Positions 39,972 through 50,436 of a stretch of 64,000 nucleotides of DNA are shown here, piece after piece (the stretch's first letter is position 1; every line of letters begins with the position of its first letter). The notes under the pieces were generated by a model. That model was not told the DNA's origin. It saw nothing but the letters and a program-made list of their open reading frames with translations, and did no database searches. The stretch is from assembly GCA_963716985.1 (NCBI GenBank), contig OY970323.1, forward strand, positions 1,504,001 to 1,568,000, in the 5' to 3' direction. The DNA comes from an uncultured bacterium. Lineage in GTDB: Bacteria; Chlamydiota; Chlamydiia; Chlamydiales; SM23-39. The position numbers and the translations under genes are program-made.

Positions 39972-41204
39972 ATGAATAAAAAGATCGCGGAGGTTTCTGC
40001 GCCCGCGGGATCATTTGCCTCTCTGCAAGCTGCCATTCAGGCAAGGGCCGATAGCATTTATTTCGGCGTCCACCCCTTGAACATGAGAGCGGGCGCTACG
40101 GATTCTTTTACCTTAAATGACATCGCAAAAATCGCCACGATCTGCCAAAGGGAAGGAATCAAAACCTATCTGGTGCTCAACACCATTCTCTACGATGAAG
40201 ACCTCCGTCTGATGCAGCAAATTTGCAAAAAGGCCAAAGAATCCGACATCTCTGCAATCATCGCCTCGGATATGGCAGCCGTCAGTTATGCAAGATCGCT
40301 CGACCTCTCTGTCCACGCATCCACCCAGCTCAACGTCAGCAATAGAGAATCCCTTCGTTTTTTCGCACAGTTTGTCGATGCATGTATTCTGGCAAGAGAG
40401 CTCACGCTTTCTCAGATCGCTTCGATCTGCCACACGATCGAAAAGGAAAAGATTTGCGGCCCCTCCGGAAAACTTTTACAAATCGAGCTCTTTGCTCATG
40501 GCGCTCTTTGCGTGGCAATTGCCGGCAAATGTTATATGAGCCTTGCGCAGTACAACACCTCCGCCAATCGGGGCGACTGTTTGCAAGCCTGCCGGCGCAA
40601 ATATCGCATAGCAGACGAGGATACGGGACAAGAGCTTCTCATCGATAACCAATACGTTCTGTCTCCCAAAGATCTCTCGACCATCGACATTGTAGACAAA
40701 ATCATCCAAGCAGGCGTTTCGATCCTTAAGATCGAGGGAAGAGGAAGAAGCGCCGAGTATGTCTTCACGGTCGTCAAAACCTACAAAGAAGCTCTCCAAA
40801 GCGTCCAAGAGAAAACATTCGGAGAAGAAAAGCGCCTCCTCTGGAAAGAAGAGCTCAAAAAAGTCTACCATCGGGGTTTTTGGGAAAACGGCTATTATCT
40901 TGGCCATCAACTCGGCGCATGGAGCGCCTCTGCCGGCTCGCAATCGACGGAAAAAAAGATTTTTGTCGGGACCGTCGATCACTACTTTGGAAAATCAAAA
41001 ATTGCCGAAGCTCTGATCGAGCGGGATTCGTTAAAAGAAAACGACACCATTCTCATCATGGGGAATACCACCGGAGCTCTCAGGGCTTCCATTGCAAGCC
41101 TCTACTTTCACTCGCCCAAAGAAGAACAAAAGGTGCGCGTCACCTTTCCCCTCGCAACAAAGGTAAGGAAAAATGACCAGATCTATCTTTTGCAAAAGCG
41201 ATAA
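39972..41204 (+). CDS. Peptidase U32-family Fe-S hydroxylase (TrhP/RlhA-like)
   Basis: APAG, ADSIYFG, HASTQ, LARELTL, HGALC..AGKC..SANRGDCLQACR, LKIEGR. Confidence 0.9.
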   Translation: MNKKIAEVSAPAGSFASLQAAIQARADSIYFGVHPLNMRAGATDSFTLNDIAKIATICQREGIKTYLVLNTILYDEDLRLMQQICKKAKESDISAIIASDMAAVSYARSLDLSVHASTQLNVSNRESLRFFAQFVDACILARELTLSQIASICHTIEKEKICGPSGKLLQIELFAHGALCVAIAGKCYMSLAQYNTSANRGDCLQACRRKYRIADEDTGQELLIDNQYVLSPKDLSTIDIVDKIIQAGVSILKIEGRGRSAEYVFTVVKTYKEALQSVQEKTFGEEKRLLWKEELKKVYHRGFWENGYYLGHQLGAWSASAGSQSTEKKIFVGTVDHYFGKSKIAEALIERDSLKENDTILIMGNTTGALRASIASLYFHSPKEEQKVRVTFPLATKVRKNDQIYLLQKR

Positions 41205-41427
41205 AAAAGCCATTCGAAAAAAGATCGACCTTTTGGACGGCAAGATCATCGCGCTTCTGGAAAAACGCTTTTTTCTTGTTTGCCATCTCAAAGATCTCAA
41301 GAAAAAGATGACGGACAGGGAAAGAGAAAATGAGATCCTTGCAACAATCAATTGCCCGTTCATTCAAGAAGTCTATCGCACGATCTTCACATGCTCCAAA
41401 AAAATGCTCAAGAAAATGAGGGGTTAA
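41173..41427 (+). CDS. Stand-alone chorismate mutase (AroQ type)
   Basis: IRKKIDLLDGKIIALLEKR..KDLK..DRERENEIL..VYRTIF..S pattern. Confidence 0.75.
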   Translation: MTRSIFCKSDKKAIRKKIDLLDGKIIALLEKRFFLVCHLKDLKKKMTDRERENEILATINCPFIQEVYRTIFTCSKKMLKKMRG

Positions 41428-41437
41428 AAAATCTAAG

Positions 41438-42373
41438 ATGGATCCTTATTTTCGCAGCTATAATTCCTATTTGCAAGAGCTTTTCAAAACGCGGGTATAT
41501 AAGATCTCTATCGACGGCGGCTTTTCTTGTCCCAATCGCGACGGGACAAAGGCGGTCGGCGGCTGCATCTATTGCGATGAAAAGGGCTCTTCTTCCCGCA
41601 CGCACTCTTGCGGCGACTCGATTCGAGAGCAGGTGGTGAAAAATATTCAGGTGCGCAAATCCCGCTACAAAGCAGAAAAATTCATAGCCTACTTTCAATC
41701 CTTCTCGAACACCTACGCGCCAGCCACGATGTTAAAAAAACTCTATGATGAGGCCATCTTTTCTTCTCCCGATATCATCGGTCTTTCCATCTCGACCAGG
41801 TCCGACTGCATCGATGAAGAAAAACTCGAGCTAATTGCGAGCTATGAAAAACATCTGCCCTACCTGCAAATCGAATATGGCCTGCAATCCATCCACAACC
41901 GCACATTACATCGCATCAACCGCCAAGAACAGTTCGAGGACTTTCTCTCAGCTCTCTCTTTAACAAGGAAATTCCCCATCCACCTATGCGTGCATGTCAT
42001 TTTGGGCCTTCCGGGAGAAACGAAAGAAGATATGATGCAAACGGCCGAAATGCTTGCAACACTTGCAATCGAGGGGGTAAAGATTCACACGCTCGTTGCC
42101 ATGGAAAAAACGCCTCTTGCAAAGCAGTATCAAGAGGGTCAATGGCAGCCCCTTGGCTTTGAAGAACACATTGCTCTGCTTGCCGACTTTCTGGAAAGAC
42201 TCCCTGCGCATACCATTATCCACCGCCTCTCCGGCAATGGCCATCCACAACATCTCGTAGCTCCTCTCTGGATGAAAGAGAGAAAAAAAGAGATTCTTCC
42301 TTGTCTTACAAAAGAATTTTGTAAAAGAGATACTCGACAGGGATCCCGATCCCCCCCCAGGGAAATTGCATGA
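41438..42373 (+). CDS. TIGR01212 (YhcC-like) radical SAM protein
   Basis: GFSCPNRDG..GGCIYC, AYFQSFSNTY, EYGLQS, HVILGLPGE, GVKIH. Confidence 0.9.
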   Translation: MDPYFRSYNSYLQELFKTRVYKISIDGGFSCPNRDGTKAVGGCIYCDEKGSSSRTHSCGDSIREQVVKNIQVRKSRYKAEKFIAYFQSFSNTYAPATMLKKLYDEAIFSSPDIIGLSISTRSDCIDEEKLELIASYEKHLPYLQIEYGLQSIHNRTLHRINRQEQFEDFLSALSLTRKFPIHLCVHVILGLPGETKEDMMQTAEMLATLAIEGVKIHTLVAMEKTPLAKQYQEGQWQPLGFEEHIALLADFLERLPAHTIIHRLSGNGHPQHLVAPLWMKERKKEILPCLTKEFCKRDTRQGSRSPPREIA

Positions 42374-42477
42374 TAAAGTTCTCGAAAAAACGCTTCATGG
42401 AGAAACGTGATGTTTTGCCGATTCCTTCAAAAAATTGGTCTTACTCCTAGTTAGGCCTAGTACCAGGAGAACTATAT

Positions 42478-42939
42478 CTACGCTGCGGCTTTCCACCCTT
42501 TTGGGGTATCTTTGAAAAGTATCGTATTAGAGTTCAATTGATCTTCCAAATTGGCAATTTTCTTAAGAATTTCTGAGATTTTACCATGTTGATTAACGGT
42601 TTTTTCAGCGTAGAGCAACCTCACCAAAGACTCAGAAGATTTGGGTATATTGGTTTTACCATTTTCCCATCTCCGAATAGCTTGCTCGCTAACTCCCAAC
42701 AAAGAAGCTAAGATATTCTGAGACATCAACATTTCATGCCTAAGAAATCGTAGTTCATCTCCAGACAGATCCTTCTTCAAAGAAACAAGATGCATTCCTA
42801 TAGCGCGATGCAAGCCGTCAAGATCGTGGATAGAAACCGCCTCCCCTCTATCGGTTTTGATAATCTTATAACCATTAGCGAGGTAGATATTATCCAGTCC
42901 ACATTCTTTATACTGGTAAAAACTGTGGTCCATATTCAT
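42478..42939 (-). CDS. Xre-HTH antitoxin (MqsA/HigA-like)
   Basis: YQYKECGLDNIYLANG; LRFLR..MSQ..LA.LLGVS..IRRWENG. Confidence 0.8.
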   Translation of the reverse strand: MNMDHSFYQYKECGLDNIYLANGYKIIKTDRGEAVSIHDLDGLHRAIGMHLVSLKKDLSGDELRFLRHEMLMSQNILASLLGVSEQAIRRWENGKTNIPKSSESLVRLLYAEKTVNQHGKISEILKKIANLEDQLNSNTILFKDTPKGWKAAA

Positions 42940-42944
42940 TCCTC

Positions 42945-43268
42945 CTATATTACGGTGATGACTTCTAAGTAATCCTTTTTAACGACCACAACTACCTGCA
43001 CCGATCTCCCTGCAGTATAACGTGATAGTTTAATTCTCCAATCACCATATTGGTCAAGACTCGGGCCGTCTATACCTTTTCCCGACCTTAACACATCAAA
43101 AACTTGACGCATCGTCACTTTTCTTTCTCTCATACGCTGCTGATTATGAGGGAAATCGAAAAAGACTCTACTCGAATCCTTTGCCATCTCATGCACCACC
43201 CTAACAAACTCCTCCAACGATTGAGGAAGCTCTTTTGGGGTTGGAAAAGAAAACGCTTCACTCATCAC
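42945..43268 (-). CDS. DUF4258-like (RelE-fold) toxin
   Basis: H..QRMRER.V..V..VL..G, C-terminal VITVI; upstream of the HTH gene. Confidence 0.75.
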   Translation of the reverse strand: MMSEAFSFPTPKELPQSLEEFVRVVHEMAKDSSRVFFDFPHNQQRMRERKVTMRQVFDVLRSGKGIDGPSLDQYGDWRIKLSRYTAGRSVQVVVVVKKDYLEVITVI

Positions 43269-43750
43269 AATACCTATATTTTAACACAGAAAAAACAACC
43301 TGTCAATCTGATAGGTATAAATCCTGCCAAATCTTTAATTTACCAGGCAAGATGATAATCGTATTGATTATCAAAACGATAGGATGTTATCAACGCAATA
43401 AACTTGCTATTAATTAGATACAATCTGACTCTACGTGCTCTCCTTTCGGGGCAACAATGATTTGTGCATGAATTTAGCGTTTAGTTTACTCTTCGGGGTT
43501 CTCTTTCGATCTCCTCCAAAATTGCGCGACCTTCTATAGAGTGTTTATAAAGAATTACTTGTCAACGGGCTTCAAAAATTTTCTTGCAATTTCCCTATGA
43601 TTCCCCCAATCCGCTCTTAAGTAAAAACATAAAATTAATTTAAACACTAAATAATATTAAACAAAATCTAGCCTGTTTCTTATTTTCCGTTGCCCAAAAT
43701 CCAATTCTGCTGCTAATATTTCTATTAAAATTTTTGAAAACAAAAGGCTT

Positions 43751-44683
43751 ATGACATCCTCCATTTCCTTTTTTTCTCCCCATCATCTTTCCTCCCTCTG
43801 GCATTTTTCCAGCGCCAAAGAAACGAGAAAGAAGGAGCTCGAGGAGCTTACAAAAAAAGTGGCGCATGACTGCTTCACTGAACTGAGCATAGCTCTTGCC
43901 ATTTGCGGTTTTTCCTGTCTTTTTGTCACATCCCTCTCCGCTATCGCAACCCTCTTGATTGCGACAACCTGCGTTGTGAGTTTCAACGCTCTTTTTCGCT
44001 TCGTTAAACTGCGCGCAACACTCAAGCTCGATAAAGAAGAGCGAATAGGCGCGCAAAAAACCATCTATCGAATGATGGGATGGAATTTTGCCTTTCTGGA
44101 TTCGGGGACAAGAGACATTTTGACCCATGAATTCGGCCATGCTTTTTTCAGCTCTCTCTTCTACAAAAACAGATCGCTAAGCGTTTCTCTTTTTCCTTTT
44201 ATGGGAGGAGTGACGAACTACTTCCCCGAAGCCTTAACGTTTGTCGGAAGCCTCGTTGGAGAAAACGCAGCAGAGCTCATTGTCTCTGCTGCAGGCCCCC
44301 TCACAACGCTCTTCTTTTCGCTCCTTACATTGACCATCGCCCACTTCGTAAAAGAAAGCCATCCACAGCTCAATCAATATTTAAACGCCTGCACTCTCTT
44401 GAGCCTAACGCAACAGATTTTTTATGCGCTTTCCGCTCTTGGGACACCCCTTGAAGAATTGAGTCATGATTTTGTCTATCTATGGGCCATGGGCGGCATC
44501 CACCCCCTAGCTGCCTGTCTTTTTATCTGCCTTGTGCCTTTGATCATAAAAATTATTGTCAGCCAAATCGCGCGGGAAGAGCAAACAGCTCCCTCTCTGA
44601 AGGAAAGAGCGCATCTCTTTTCTACTACCGGCACACTACTCAGAGCTGGTAGAGGAGTAGATCTCTCTACTCCCCCCCATTGA
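43751..44683 (+). CDS. Membrane zinc metallopeptidase (M50B-like); last codons overlap the intron end
   Basis: HEFGH, GGVT, VSAAGP, SHDF; multiple TM segments. Confidence 0.7.
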   Translation: MTSSISFFSPHHLSSLWHFSSAKETRKKELEELTKKVAHDCFTELSIALAICGFSCLFVTSLSAIATLLIATTCVVSFNALFRFVKLRATLKLDKEERIGAQKTIYRMMGWNFAFLDSGTRDILTHEFGHAFFSSLFYKNRSLSVSLFPFMGGVTNYFPEALTFVGSLVGENAAELIVSAAGPLTTLFFSLLTLTIAHFVKESHPQLNQYLNACTLLSLTQQIFYALSALGTPLEELSHDFVYLWAMGGIHPLAACLFICLVPLIIKIIVSQIAREEQTAPSLKERAHLFSTTGTLLRAGRGVDLSTPPH

Positions 44684-45276
44684 GAACCCGGCGTGCCCAA
44701 TTAAGGCAACGGGCTCCTGATACCATCCTTCACTTGACTCGATGGTTAAAACATTTTATGCACTATCTGGGCTTTCGGTAGAGGATGCGCTCTCATGAAC
44801 AGCACAAACTTTTCCCACGTAAAGCTCTTTCGCTGACTACGCCTGTTCAGCCATTTGTACATGATCTTGGTTGCCTCGCATAGAAACTGTTTTACCTGCA
44901 TTATGTTGTGAGAGACTCCGTAATATTGAACGTGCCCTCTCAGTTTCGCAATAAAGGTTTTCCATATTTCCTTGAGTAGCCTTTTATCCTTTTCCTGCCT
45001 GATCCATTCTTTGACTTTTTTTGAGTTTGGTTCGCATGGTTTTGGCTCTCGTTTTCAGTTTGGGTACTACCCATCCCGATCGAGACTTACTCCAGTAAAA
45101 CGTGAATCCCAGAAAATCAAAAGTCTCTTGTTTTACGCCTCTAGCTGCTGCTCTTTTATCAAAAGCGATCAGCTTCGTTTTCTCTTCGTTGAGTTGAAGT
45201 TTAAACTTTTCGAGCCGTTTCCCAAGAGTTTGTCGGATTCTTTGCGCATCTGCTTCTAATTCACAGCATATTACCG
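44645..45276 (-). mobile_element. Group II intron 3' remnant (class E-like): RT C-terminus/maturase, DV and DVI; frameshifted
   Basis: DV GAGCCCGTTGCCTTAATTGGGCACGCCGGGTTC (44684-44716); ORF TFDFLGFT..LRGHVQYYG..WLNRRSQR..PLP; A7 frameshift near 45016-45022. Confidence 0.85.
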
Positions 45277-46274
45277 GTCGAGTAGCGCAGGGGAATCTCA
45301 CCCCCACGCTCTCACGGAACCGTACGGGAGCCTCTCGGCTCATACGGCTCTTATTATTCAGCCGCTGGGAGTACACCCAGTTGCCAGTGAGCAAACAGTT
45401 TGGGTTCTCGTTTTGCGATTTTACCCATCCAGTGTATTGCTCTCCGACTATGGCCTCTCAGTTTCTTGTATTTCCTCGTCGCCCACCTTGCTAGTGTACG
45501 GTTTACCCTTCTGAACGTTGGATACAACTCCGATTTATAGTATTTACCATAGTGGTTAATCCAACCTCTCATGATTGGATTGAACATCCTCGATAAATCT
45601 CCGAGTGTTTTGTCACTGCGCAGATGCATCCGCCAACTTCTCATCGTGCCCGCCATCTTCTTCTTCGCTTTATTACTCACTGCCGGACTGAAATTGACGA
45701 AGTACTTTCCATAACGATTTTTCGATCGTCTGGCTCTAAAAGTATACCCTAGAAAATCGAACTTTTCATTTGGGTATCTCTTTCTTCTATCGTCATCCTT
45801 GCAATAGACGATTTTCGTCTTCTCAGGATGTAATTCCAGTTTGCATTCCGCTAAGCGTTCTGCGATGGCGATCTTTATTTTGTTAGCTTCTGCCTCTGTT
45901 TTGCAATGTACCACTCCATCATCCGCATATCTTTCAAATGGATTTTGTGGATAATTCCTTTTCATCCATACGTCGAATGCATAGTGGAGAAAAAGGTTCG
46001 CCAATAGCGGGCTTATCACACCCCCTTGCGGCGTTCCTTTATCTCGGCCTATAAGCGCTCCTTCCGCATTTTGAGCTGGTGCTTTTAACCACCGCTCTAT
46101 GTACATCAGGATCCACTTACTATCGGTGTGTTTCTTCACAGCTTTCATCACGAGTTCGTGATCCAAATTGTCAAAGAACCCCTTGATATCCAGATCAATA
46201 ACATAGTTGTATCTCCAGCACCTTTCTCGTGCTTTCCCTACCGCTTCTATTGCTGATTTTCCGGGTCTATATCC
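45277..46274 (-). mobile_element. Group II intron (class D-like), 5'-truncated, nested in the previous intron
   Basis: DV GAGCCGTATGAGCCGAGAGGCTCCCGTACGGTTC (45317-45350); DVI ending CTACTCGAC at 45277. Confidence 0.9.
45354..46274 (-). pseudogene. ltrA: Group II intron reverse transcriptase/maturase, N-terminally truncated
   Basis: GYRPGKS, DLDIKGFFD, GTPQGGVISPLLAN, YADD, FDFLGY, FAHW; no endonuclease domain. Confidence 0.9.
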
Positions 46275-46407
46275 AAAGGCTGAATTAGATAAGAATGAGT
46301 ATCAGCTGGGAAAAAAAGTAAGCAACGGGCTGATAAGACTGGTAAATATTGCTTATCGCAAGAGTGATGAAAAGTGGAATTATACGATCATTCCACGCCA
46401 CATATGA
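46275..46407 (+). pseudogene. ISAzo13-family transposase C-terminal fragment
   Basis: KAELDKNEYQLGKKVS...WNYTIIP motif. Confidence 0.7.
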
Positions 46408-46458
46408 GTCGCGGACGAATTTTTTTTCGAAAAATGGGCAAAGAGAATACTAAAATAT

Positions 46459-47504
46459 ACGCGATGTGCGAGTTTTTCAAAGCAAAAAATCACACGTAAA
46501 AAAATAATTGAAAAATGACAAGTCCTTACTGCACACTGTTTTGCGACAAAACAACAACAGGAGTTCAGGACATGTCGATTGATGATTTTATCATAACCAC
46601 CTTTTGTTTGATAGATGATGAGATGAAGAAGGTTCTTGCAGACGAGAAATTTCGTCAAAGAGGTCCCTCGCCTAGATTGAAAGACAGCGAGGTTATTACG
46701 ATGGAGGTCGTTGGAGAATTTTTTGGAATGGACCGTGACAAAACCATTTGGGAATATTTCAAAAGGCACTGGTTGCATTTCTTTCCAAATATTCCTGCAC
46801 GTTCGAATTTTGTCAGGCAAGCGGCCAACCTTCATGTAGTAAAGCGATTGTTACAAGAGAGTTTAGCAACTGACCTACATGCTCTTTCTGATTCATTGCA
46901 CATAATAGACGGGCTTCCTATTCCAGTTTGCAAATTTGCCAGAGCTCACTTTAGCAAAAATTTCAAGGGCGACGCTGCATATGGATATTGTGCTACAAAA
47001 AAAGAGCACTTTTATGGTTTTCGAGGCCATGTTGTCATCAGTTCAATAGGGGTGGTGACAGCAGCTACATTCGCCAAGGCAAACATTGATGAGCGCGATG
47101 TGTGTCCTGAGATTGTGGAAAAAATCGGAGGGCTTTTGTTGGGAGACAAAGGTTTTATACGACCTGGATTGAAAGAGTTGCTCAAAAAACAAGGGTTGTA
47201 CTTGCAAACTTCGCTGAGAGAAAATATGAAAGATGAAAGACCGAAGAAATTTTTGAAATGGCTGGTAGGGACTCGGCGACTGGTTGAAACAGTTATAGGG
47301 CAGCTCAATGATAGATTTCGGATTGAAAAAGTATGGGCGCGAGATTTATGGCATCAATTTTCAAGATTTTGGAGAAAATTACTGGCGCATACTGTCGGCA
47401 TTAAACTTAATGTAAACGCAGGGAACGAGCCTTTACAGTTTGACCAGTTGCTTTGTTCTTAAAAGCATAGGCGATTTTTCGCTTTATAAACTCGCACATC
47501 GCGT
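46459..47504 (+). mobile_element. IS982-family element, complete
   Basis: TIR ACGCGATGTGCGAGTTT / AAACTCGCACATCGCGT; 7-bp duplication AAAATAT (46452-8, 47505-11). Confidence 0.92.
46515..47462 (+). CDS. IS982-family transposase (start may be ATG ~46572)
   Basis: LKDSEVIT, IIDGLPIPVC, YGYCA.K..FYGF, LLGDKGF, RRLVETVIGQL. Confidence 0.9.
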   Translation: MTSPYCTLFCDKTTTGVQDMSIDDFIITTFCLIDDEMKKVLADEKFRQRGPSPRLKDSEVITMEVVGEFFGMDRDKTIWEYFKRHWLHFFPNIPARSNFVRQAANLHVVKRLLQESLATDLHALSDSLHIIDGLPIPVCKFARAHFSKNFKGDAAYGYCATKKEHFYGFRGHVVISSIGVVTAATFAKANIDERDVCPEIVEKIGGLLLGDKGFIRPGLKELLKKQGLYLQTSLRENMKDERPKKFLKWLVGTRRLVETVIGQLNDRFRIEKVWARDLWHQFSRFWRKLLAHTVGIKLNVNAGNEPLQFDQLLCS

Positions 47505-47766
47505 AAAATATTTATTTATAAATCAAGGGGTTGTGCGACTTAAAATTTGGTTCTTCCTTAACTGTCGCAATTGCTCTGCTGCTTCTATAACTGTTGCTTT
47601 AATGGGCTTTGTAGGGTATTTTTTCATGACGCGTCTCCTTATGATTGCGTTTGTTGATAGCTAGCAATTTTAAAGGCGCGTCATTTTTTTAGCTTCATGA
47701 ATCCCCGTTATTTCCTGTGGCGTAGGGCAAAGCCATTGAGGAGCTTACCCACAACCATTATTTCAA

Positions 47767-48066
47767 CTAAGAAGAACGGCGATCTAAATTAAAGTGAACT
47801 AATATCCCCGATATAATCAGCACAGCAATCATTAGAAAAATCGAACAATTCGTGACCATTGGAAGACCTACTACTACGTTTTTTACTGTATACAACAACA
47901 CTAAAGACGTAAAAGCAGCTCCTGCAACATAGGACATCGTTCGAAATATTTTTTCGGCGAGATCTTTCACACGCCTACTAAAAGAATCTGAGCCAAATCC
48001 CAAAAAAGATTTTAAAGAAGGAATAGTAGTTGTGGATTTATGCGAAAAAACTCCAAATACACTCAT
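47767..48066 (-). CDS. Small hydrophobic protein, Inc-like bilobed C-terminus
   Basis: AGGAG RBS, Ser/Thr-rich N-terminus, two adjacent TM segments, low GC. Confidence 0.5.
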   Translation of the reverse strand: MSVFGVFSHKSTTTIPSLKSFLGFGSDSFSRRVKDLAEKIFRTMSYVAGAAFTSLVLLYTVKNVVVGLPMVTNCSIFLMIAVLIISGILVHFNLDRRSS

Positions 48067-48086
48067 AAAATCTCCTATAATAGAAT

Positions 48087-48503
48087 TTAATCTGAAAACA
48101 TGCTTGACAAACTTTTATACAACAAATATGTCCCACATAAAAAACAACCAACAGAACTAATGAATGCCATTGGTTCGCATATATTTCTTAGATCTGTCAG
48201 TTTACAAGCAGATGCACTATAGAAAAATCCCAAAGAAATAGCAAAAAGCGCCACACCACCAAATAATTTGGCAGTATGATTTTGAGGTGGAGATGGTGCC
48301 TCTTTTGCAAAAAAATAATTATAAGCGCCCACTAAGCTTGAACCAATCCCCACTACAACCTGATACCTATCTACAAAATCATTTATCGTTTTAAATGCCG
48401 TCCATGCAACCCTGAAAGCAGTTTTCAATGCATCGAAGATTGTTGCAACGACTATTTCCGTGGGATGCGTTAAAGCTCCTAAACTATTTAACGACACAAC
48501 CAT
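48087..48503 (-). CDS. Small membrane protein, hypothetical
   Basis: GAGG RBS, three hydrophobic segments, low GC. Confidence 0.5.
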   Translation of the reverse strand: MVVSLNSLGALTHPTEIVVATIFDALKTAFRVAWTAFKTINDFVDRYQVVVGIGSSLVGAYNYFFAKEAPSPPQNHTAKLFGGVALFAISLGFFYSASACKLTDLRNICEPMAFISSVGCFLCGTYLLYKSLSSMFSD

Positions 48504-48581
48504 ATGCCCTCGCTTTTTTTAGAATTAGGAAAACTTTTAAAGAGTTTATCTTTAATTAAAAATTTATCTCCACAAATTTTT

Positions 48582-49186
48582 GTAACTTCTCAAAAAGATC
48601 TTGTAACTAGCTAAGGACCAGATGGTAAAACTCGAGATTTTTGATCAATAAGATCTTTCAGGCGAGGAATTCCCTTTGCATTTAAAAGCCTATCTTTCAA
48701 ATAGTCACAAAAACTTACACCTAATTTCATGCAGGTTTTCTTGAGACTGGCAAAGGCGTCTCTTGCTTTGCGGCCAGCTTCACTCCGTGTGCTACCTGAG
48801 ATTTTTCTTCGCTTCGCATATTCACGGATATCCCTTTCGCAGTCATTGTTGTGCAGAGGAATGAACGGATACTGAAGAATAAGCAAGAGCCCTTCTCTTC
48901 TTGATCGAGTATTTGCAAGGAGTGAATTTAGAGCCGCACTTCTATATGCTTTGCCAAAAATTTGATCGAATTTTTCTGATAGCTTTTTCTGCAGAAGAAG
49001 GGTCGGATTTTTCTTATATTTTTTCAGTGCTTCATAGAAATCCCAAATATCCGCACGAACTATTTCGATCTCTGTTTTCTCAGCATCTGACAGAGGAATT
49101 AGTTTTCGATAAAGGCGTTCTTCATGGACCCAGCAGAGTCCATTTAGCAAGATGGCAAATTGTCTAGCAGCATCACTTATCGTAAT
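48582..49186 (-). mobile_element. Truncated IS66-family element (3' third of transposase plus one TIR)
   Basis: TIR GTAACTTCTCAAAAA at 48582; protein closely similar to the C-terminus of 61145..62776; cut off at the IS630 end. Confidence 0.88.
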
Positions 49187-49188
49187 TA

Positions 49189-50306
49189 TTAACCCGACAG
49201 GCAAATAAGAGACTCAAGCAGCGTACTTAACCGCTGAAGCTCGAAACAAATTTCGGATCGTCTCTGGTTCTTTTTGCAGCTTGGCGAGAGTCGAATGCAA
49301 ATGCCCCGATAGTTCCTTCTGATTTCTTGACATCTTTTTCCGATGAGTTCTCCCCTTCACCGTGTTGTTCAGATACTCATCTGGGTTATATTCAGGAGCG
49401 TAGGGAGGAAGAAAAAACAACTCGATTTCATCTTTATGCTTGTTTACCCAGGACTGAACTTTCTTTCCATGATGCACCTTCAGGTTGTCTAGGATCAAAA
49501 ATATCTTTCTGTCTTGGCCTTTGATCAGTCTTCGTAAAAATTTCAGAAAAATTGCAATGTTCATGCCCCCTTCGTAAACCATGAATCGAAGATCTCCTCG
49601 ATTTGTTACGGTTGAGATCATGCTCACTGAAAATCGTTTTCCTTTCTGATTGAGAACAGGAGTTTTTCCCTTCGGCGCATAACTCTTGCCTACCTGGCAA
49701 GTGGAACATACTCTGGCTTCATCCCCCCATTGTATTTCAGCGTTTTCCACTTTTGCGCGAGAGGAAATGGACGGATATTCTTCGTTGAGCCATTTCTCTA
49801 TTCGTTGTGGCTGTCGCTCATAGAAGCGCCCTAAGGGTTTTTGAGCCGTATCGCCCCATGCGCGCAAGTAAGCACCGACCGTGGATTTAGCTAATTTGAT
49901 CCCAAAGCAATGTTGAATGAGATGCTGCACAGACTGCCGAGTCCAAAGTACGAACGACATTTTGAGTTGTTCGGGACATTTATCCGTGATGAATCTTTGA
50001 ATGATTTTGCAGTGAAGAGCCGATAATTTCGCCTGATCTCCGGAGCGCCGGCCTCGACGCTTTTTTTTAAGCCCCGATTCTCCCTTTGTGCGATAAGCAG
50101 TTATCCATCGATAAACCGAAGTTCTTAGCACTCCCAGAGCCTGAGCTGCTTCTTTCACAGGCTTACGATCTACAACGACCATTTTGATGGCACGTCTGCG
50201 AAGAGCTTCCTGTGTGTCTTGACCTAATTTTCTCCTATCGCCTAATTGCATGAAGAATTGCTAACACACTCTTCAATTTTTGTCTCTTATTTGTTTAGCG
50301 GGTTAA
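49189..50306 (-). mobile_element. IS630-family element (CDS 49214..50251)
   Basis: TIR TTAACCCG..CAAATAAGA at both ends, flanked by TA; HTH, WGDE, ILDNLKVH, LPPYAPEYNPDE. Confidence 0.92.
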
Positions 50307-50436
50307 TAATATGCGCTTGTGGCGCACCATGCAATTTTCCCTGCACACTACCGGCTTAAAAAGCGCGAAAGTTTCTTATTTTGCAAACTTGCCAAAATCC
50401 TGTGCAACTTTTATAAGGGTTAAAAAGAGGCAACCG

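Noticed and set aside
44984..45394. 136-aa ORF as an independent gene
   Set aside because: Chimeric reading through the inner intron's DV/DVI into the outer intron's RT fragment.
45354..46274. RT as a retron, DGR or defence RT
   Set aside because: It is followed directly by canonical group II intron DV/DVI and has a maturase domain; no TR/VR pair or msr-msd was seen.
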